A stretch of 64,000 bases of DNA from Macrostomum lignano (taxonomy: Eukaryota): NCBI GenBank assembly GCA_002269645.1, contig NIVC01002340.1, positions 62,001 to 126,000 of the forward strand, given 5' to 3'. Under the pieces are notes generated by a model, which was not told where the DNA came from, ran no database searches, and was given only the letters and a program-made list of their open reading frames with translations. This document shows, piece after piece, positions 58,325 through 64,000 of this stretch. Both the position numbers and the translations under genes were made by a program. How positions within the stretch are numbered: position 1 is the stretch's first letter; every line of letters begins with the position of its first letter.

Positions 58325-59335
58325 TTCTCAAGGTGAGTTAGAGACTGTTCTCATGGTGAGTTAGAGAGACTGTTCTCATGGTGAGTTAGAGAGACTGTTC
58401 TCATGGTGAGTTAGAGAGACTGTTCTCAAGGTGAGTTAGAGACTGTTCTCATGGTGAGTTAGAGAGACTGTTCTCATGGTGAGTTAGAGAGACTGTTCTC
58501 ATGGTGAGTTAGAGAGACTGTTCTCATGGTGAGTTAGAGACTGTTCTCATGGTGAGTTAGAGAGACTGTTCTCATGGTGAGTTAGAGAGACTGTTCTCAT
58601 GGTGAGTCAGAGAGACTGTTCTCATGGTGAGTTAGAGACTGTTCTCATGGTGAGTTAGAGACTGTTCTCATGGTGAGTCAGAGAGACTGTTCTCATGGTG
58701 AGTTAGAGACTGTTCTCATGGTGAGTCAGAGAGACTGTTCTCATGGTGAGTTACAGACTGTTCTCATGGTGAGTTAGAGACTGTTCTCATGGTGAGTTAG
58801 AGACTGTTCTCATGGTGAGTTAGAGACTGTTCTCATGGTGAGTTAGAGACTGTTCTCATGGTGAGTTAGAGAGACTGTTCTCATGGTGAGTTAGAGACTG
58901 TTCTCATGGTGAGTTAGAGACTGTTCTCATGGTGAGTTAGAGACTGTTCTCATGGTGAGTCAGAGACTGTTCTCATGGTGAGTCAGAGAGACTGTTCTCA
59001 TGGTGAGTTAGAGACTGTTCTCATGGTGAGTTAGAGAGACTGTTCTCATGGTGAGTTAGAGACTGTTCTCATGGTGAGTTAGAGACTGTTCTCATGGTGA
59101 GTTAGAGACTGTTCTCATGGTGAGTTAGAGAGACTGTTCTCATGGTGAGTCAGAGAGACTGTTCTCATGGTGAGTCAGAGAGACTGTTCTCATGGTGAGT
59201 TAGAGACTGTTCTCATGGTGAGTCAGAGAGACTGTTCTCATGGTGAGTTAGAGAGACTGTTCTCATGGTGAGTTAGAGACTGTTCTCATGGTGAGTTAGA
59301 GACTGTTCTCATGGTGAGTAAATGAGTTAGAGACG
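58325..59335. repeat. 23/25-bp minisatellite (ggtgagttagagagactgttctcat) between SEPSECS and ATP23
   Basis: About 42 copies. Confidence 0.97.
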
Positions 59336-59422
59336 GTACTCAGGATGGTTTGGATAAAAGTCTACTAAGTTTAGAGAATATATTTGTTCCGGTTTTTGAA
59401 GGCTATGAATAAAGACAGGTGG

Positions 59423-62311
59423 TCATCCTAAATCCTCAGTCAGTTGGTCTTTACTGTAATCATTATCACCCTGCTCATCAGCATCGGCGACATGACTGTC
59501 AATCTCGCGCTGGCGAAACTCCTTAGTCAGCAGGCTGTCCAACACGACTAGAAATGAGTCGACTTCCGTTTCCGACATGCCCAGGCCTGCGGCAGCGTTC
59601 AGATAGGGCGCGAACGGATATGCGGTCTGATGAGCGCCGTAGCCCTGGCAGATTGAAGAAACAAATATTTATTCAAAATTTTTTAACAGTCAATCACCTG
59701 TTTGAGAGCATTTACTCGAAAAAAATTAACAGTAAAAGTTATGCACACATGAAACACAATAAATCTATGCTTTTTTGAGTCAGTAAGGCCGTGTGTGCAC
59801 CCTGGCGCACTTTAAGCGACATTGTCACACAACCGTCGAGAGGCATCACTGCCCATTCCGCCAACTCCCCTGAGCAGGCACACACTCACACGGGAGTGTA
59901 CAGCGGCCCTAACTTTATTTATGGTTAGGCATGTACACTTCACTGTGCCTTAAGCAGAGCAGAACCAAGCCGAGATTCCAATTGTGACTGCACTTGGAAT
60001 CGAGCCTGGCCCGCTGGCACATCAGAGCGCCGCGCCAGACCGCTGGGCTACGGCAGAGTTACGAGCTAAACAGATATCAGAGGATTTGAGTTACAAACTC
60101 ACAAGCCATTGGTGATTCTGGGGATTTCAGTTCGATGGGATTTCAGTTCTTTGGGTCCTACACTGAAGGATACGAAAAGTTCTATGGGATTTTATTTCAT
60201 GTGTCATTACGGCCCCCATTTGTACTAGTTAATATTTGTTTCTGTTTGTTTAAATAATGCAGGTAGGCGATGGCAGGGTGTCGAGTAGCCGAACTCACAG
60301 CTTAGCGATGTGAAGGACTGAAAGTAGTCGACCCACACAAGTTAGACGGTTTGTTTGAAATCTCGTAGAAGTGTTTAGGGACGGTAGTTAGGGTCACTTC
60401 TCGCTGCATGGCATACAGTAGCCTAAGCGTTGCCTTCGACCTTCGCCGCCTACAGCTTGACTAAGAGGCACTCACGACGCCTTGCAAATTGAAAAAAAAC
60501 AGCAATGCAGGTGTATGGAAAGTCTCAACCAGTTATTGAATTCCTCTGGCTGAAACCTGGGGGGGGGGGGGGGGCAGAGCCGTTCAACGGAAAACGCATT
60601 TGACTTTCGCGCCACGGTTCGATGTTCTCATGCCAGACGATTAGAAAGTCAGGACCGCGCTGTACACCCAGTGTGAGCGTGTGTATGAGTGCGCGCCTGC
60701 CGGCCTACGAATATCTACGTATTGGCTGACACCTGAGCAGAAGTATGGCTTGCTTCTGCTTCCCATTAAACAGGTATTTCAACACATCCGTTCGAAACCC
60801 GGACTGGCACACTCTACCTACCTGAAACTCGTATCCTTCAATGCTGACTCGCTTGTCGTCTCCAGCAACCACTCTTGCGCCGGAGCAGCCGCGCCGGAAC
60901 AGAGCGGCGCCGAGGCGCCCCGGGTCACTGCCGCCACTGCTACTGCCGCTGCCACGGAGACACAGAGCCAACGAAATCGGATTCTTTCCCGTGTCGAGCA
61001 GGCGCACGCAATCGCTATGTCTGCCGGCTAAGCTGGCCAGGCCGTCGCGCAGTCGGGTGTAGGCAGCCGCTCTCTGATCCAACAGCCTGGCGAAGCCAGA
61101 TCGGCCCAGGTGCAGCAGGGTCAGCAGGGCGTCAGTGGATGGCGAGGCTGATGCTCGGCCCGGATAGGTGGCGGCTACCCGACTGACGACGGCCGCGTCC
61201 GGCCCGGCAATGACGGCGCCGCCAACCGGCACCAGGAGATTCTTGTCGCAGGACTGGACAAATAGATCCAGCCGGCCTTTGGTGCTGGCGTCGTTTATCA
61301 AGTTCATGCAGCGGGAGGCCTGCGGAGCGGCGCCATTGTTTACTTTCTATACATATCGGTAGGCCGGGGTCGGATACATTGCATTGATTTGTTGGCAAGA
61401 GGAGGCAACTGATATTAAAGGGACAAAGCGGCAACCAGCTAAGATCAAAGGGGCAAAGCGGCAACCAGCTGAAGATCAAAGGGGGGAAGCGACAACCAGC
61501 TGAAGATCAAAGGGGGGAAGCGGCAACCAGCTGAAGATCAAAGGGGGGAAGCGACAACCAGCTGAAGATCAAAGGGGGGAAGCGACAACCAGCTGAAGAT
61601 CAAAGGGGGGAAGCGACAACCAGCTGAAGATCAAAGGGGGGAAGCGGCAACCAGCTGAAGATCAAAGGGGCAAAGCGGCAACCAGCTGAAGATCAAAGGG
61701 GGGAAGCGACAACAAGCTGAAGATCAAAGGGGGGAAGCGGCAACCAGCTGAAGATCAAAGGGGCTAAGCGACAACCAGCTGAAGATCAAAGGGGCTAAGC
61801 GACAACCAGCTGAAGATCAAAGGGGGGAAGCGGCAACCAGCTGAAGATCAAAGGGGGGAAGCGACAACAAGCTGAAGATCTAAATACATGTACGAAATTT
61901 CCCACAGAAACCTGCCTCGTAGTAGAATTAAGAATTCATGGTACTACATAAATATCGCTAACGCTACCTGAACTCCGTAAGCATTATTGACAATATGCGG
62001 CAAGCCGAACTCGGCGCACAATTTGGCCACATCAGCCAGACGATCCGGCACTCTGGGCGCAAAACAGCTAGTAGTGGTCATCACGGCTACAATACTGTCT
62101 GGCCCATGCTGCTCTATTAAAGATCGCACAGCGGTCACATCTGTGACTAGCTGATCGCCGTCTAGCAGGGGCTCAATCGGTACAGGTGTAAATCCTGCAG
62201 TGATGATGGCTTTGAAACAGGATTTCTGGTCAATCCGAGGCCACAGTACCAGTTTTGCGTTGGATGGTCGAGACGATCTCAGCGACAGAAGGCAGAGGCA
62301 GAGCGCCATGC
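59423..62311 (-). CDS. SEPSECS: O-phosphoseryl-tRNA(Sec) selenium transferase, last three exons (62311-61968, 61319-60822, 59644-59423); 5' exons lie beyond the window
   Basis: [40 protein letters not shown] (PLP lysine), [24 protein letters not shown]. Splice phases are consistent. Confidence 0.95.
59790..60056 (-). mobile_element. tRNA-derived SINE family B copy in the last SEPSECS intron
   Basis: Reverse complement: gccgtagcccagcggt (box A)...ggctcgattcc (box B). The body is shared with 21595-21775 and 62355-62445. Confidence 0.65.
61425..61880. repeat. ~31-bp minisatellite in a SEPSECS intron (caaccagctgaagatcaaaggggggaagcga)
   Basis: About 15 copies. Confidence 0.96.
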
Positions 62312-62354
62312 CTATTGATGAGGAAAGAATTTTTACTAGAGTCAGGGAGGCTGT

Positions 62355-62445
62355 CAGCTAGCACCCTAACGCACTCTAAGCGACACCCAATCCCAATCTG
62401 CAGACTCCCCTGAGCAGGCGCACAAGCGCACGGGTAAGTACGCAG
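62355..62445 (-). mobile_element. SINE family B 3' fragment
   Basis: accctaacgcactctaagcgaca and actcccctgagcaggcgcaca match 59800-59890. Confidence 0.55.
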
Positions 62446-62891
62446 TCATACGCACAGGAACAGACTCAAACCTATGAACAATGAATATGAACAATCTATG
62501 GCAACTATTGTAGAAATATTATACGAATCATTTGGCTTATTGATTTATTAAGTGTAGGCACTACATTTTAGCATATAATTAGGGTTTGGCAAGTGGTTAT
62601 TAGAAAAAAGGAACATATTTAATCAGGATAAGTAAATGAGTAAATGTTATATACAAATAATCTGTGGTAGCTTCTTAGTCTCTGTAAGAGCCTCATTCCT
62701 CTACTTGAAGTGAGGCACCTACAGTAGGCTCTGTAGTGTGTAGCTAACATTCTATTATTGAATGAATACTATCATAGTATTTATATTTCCATGCAATATG
62801 GAAATTGCATGCTAGCTGTATGCCACTTTCTTAATAATCCATTTCAGCACATTTGGAACCCTGGCTGGCCTACATGCTGGATTGATCTATA

Positions 62892-64000
62892 ATGGCAATG
62901 GCCTTCCAATATGTTGAAGGTCGCAGATGATCTAGGTTACTTTTCCATGACAGGAACTTGTTCAAGTGTAATCGCAAGATTAATAACAAGGAGTATTACA
63001 CATGTCGCAACAACTGTGCTGATAAGGTCACCCTTGAAGGCGACATCTTGACAGCTAATGGACAGCATTCCCATGCTCCAGTGCTAGATGAAGAAGTCCA
63101 GAAAATGACCCTGAAGCAGAAAATGAACGATGCAGCTACACATCAGCCATCAAAACGCCTACGGACATTGTTTGATGAGGTGTCCAGTGCAGATGAAGCA
63201 GGCAATGCTGTTGGATTCCCACAGGTAGAGCTTAGAATGTGGCGCGCTAGGCGCTCAGTGCAACCTCGCATCCCCAATTCCATTAAGGAGGCCATCCAGC
63301 TGATCGAGTCTGAAGATCTTGGCCTTCAACACTGTGGCGTTGACAGCATGCGCATCTACCAGGGCAGCATAAGAAGCAATGAGCATGCTGGACTGTTCTT
63401 TGCACACCCTGACTTGCTGGAGCAGCTACAAGATGCTGACCAAGTGTTCGTCGATGGGACATTTCAAGTTGTCCCACGCCTATTCTATTAATTGCTGACT
63501 GTCGGTGTGTCAAAGCAGGGATGCTTCCTGCCCTGTTTTGTTGCGCTTTTGACTGGAAAATCTAAGGCGGTCTACCACATGGTCTGGAGCAAGCTGCAAG
63601 TTGTGTCAAACATTTCAACCACAGACTGTTATGAGTGACTTCGAAATGGCCCTTCGTGACTCCTTTAGAGGCCTTTCCTGATGCCACGCCCCATGAGTTG
63701 TTTCTTTCATTTTGCCCAGGCAGTGTTGGCCAAGATGAAGAAAATTGGCCTGTGGCCCGACATCTGCCGCAACATGGACATCCGGCGTTATGCTCGGCTC
63801 CTCATGAGTCTTCCGCTGCTGCCAGCAGAACACATCGCTCCAGTGCATGCGCTTCTGCGGCCTGAAGCATTTGTCAATGGTGCTGCAGAGCCAAAGCTCC
63901 AGCTGCTCCGCACGGTGCACAGCTACATCCGGACCTTCTGGCTAGAAAAGGTTGGTGCACAGATCATTTCAGTCCACAATTGCAAGGAGCGCACCAACAA
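62892..64000 (+). pseudogene. Decayed Mutator-like (MULE) transposase with FLYWCH-like N-terminus, inside a SEPSECS intron; runs off the window
   Basis: YYTC...C...HSH; VFVDGTFQVVP; VMSDFEMAL; CFFHFAQAV; RTN at the window edge. Stops at ~62922 and 63489, plus frameshifts. Confidence 0.85.

Noticed and set aside
59624-59665. Hammerhead-like CTGATGA...GAAAC
   Set aside because: Stem II cannot form, and the motif is just the antisense of the last SEPSECS exon boundary.

Overview
Animal genomic DNA with GT-AG introns, GC-rich exons and a different minisatellite in almost every intron. The style suggests a free-living flatworm such as Macrostomum lignano (inference, not provable here). Hand-splicing recovers six genes. 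(1) A head-to-head pair of two-exon alpha-kinase paralogs: a catalytically intact vWA-alpha-kinase (+, 7500-9247) and a fold-preserved pseudokinase with a degenerate vWA-like region and an in-frame TAG at codon 28 (-, 5470-3649). (2) A compact Notch receptor (+, 16630-49241; about 1590 aa; signal peptide, ~18 EGF, 3 LNR, HD, TM, RAM, ANK, PEST) with a 1-nt frameshift in exon 4. (3) Three co-oriented housekeeping genes on the minus strand: SEPSECS (5' end outside the window), ATP23 and HSCB. The latter two have a splice acceptor 1-2 nt before the ATG, as expected for SL trans-splicing or an operon. Also present: RNase H-type LINE remnants, two tRNA-derived SINE families, a 1.1-kb insertion nested in a SINE, a decayed MULE transposase and more than 25 tandem arrays. 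Most long ORFs in the track are repeat artefacts. No database searches were run; family calls rest on motif recognition.
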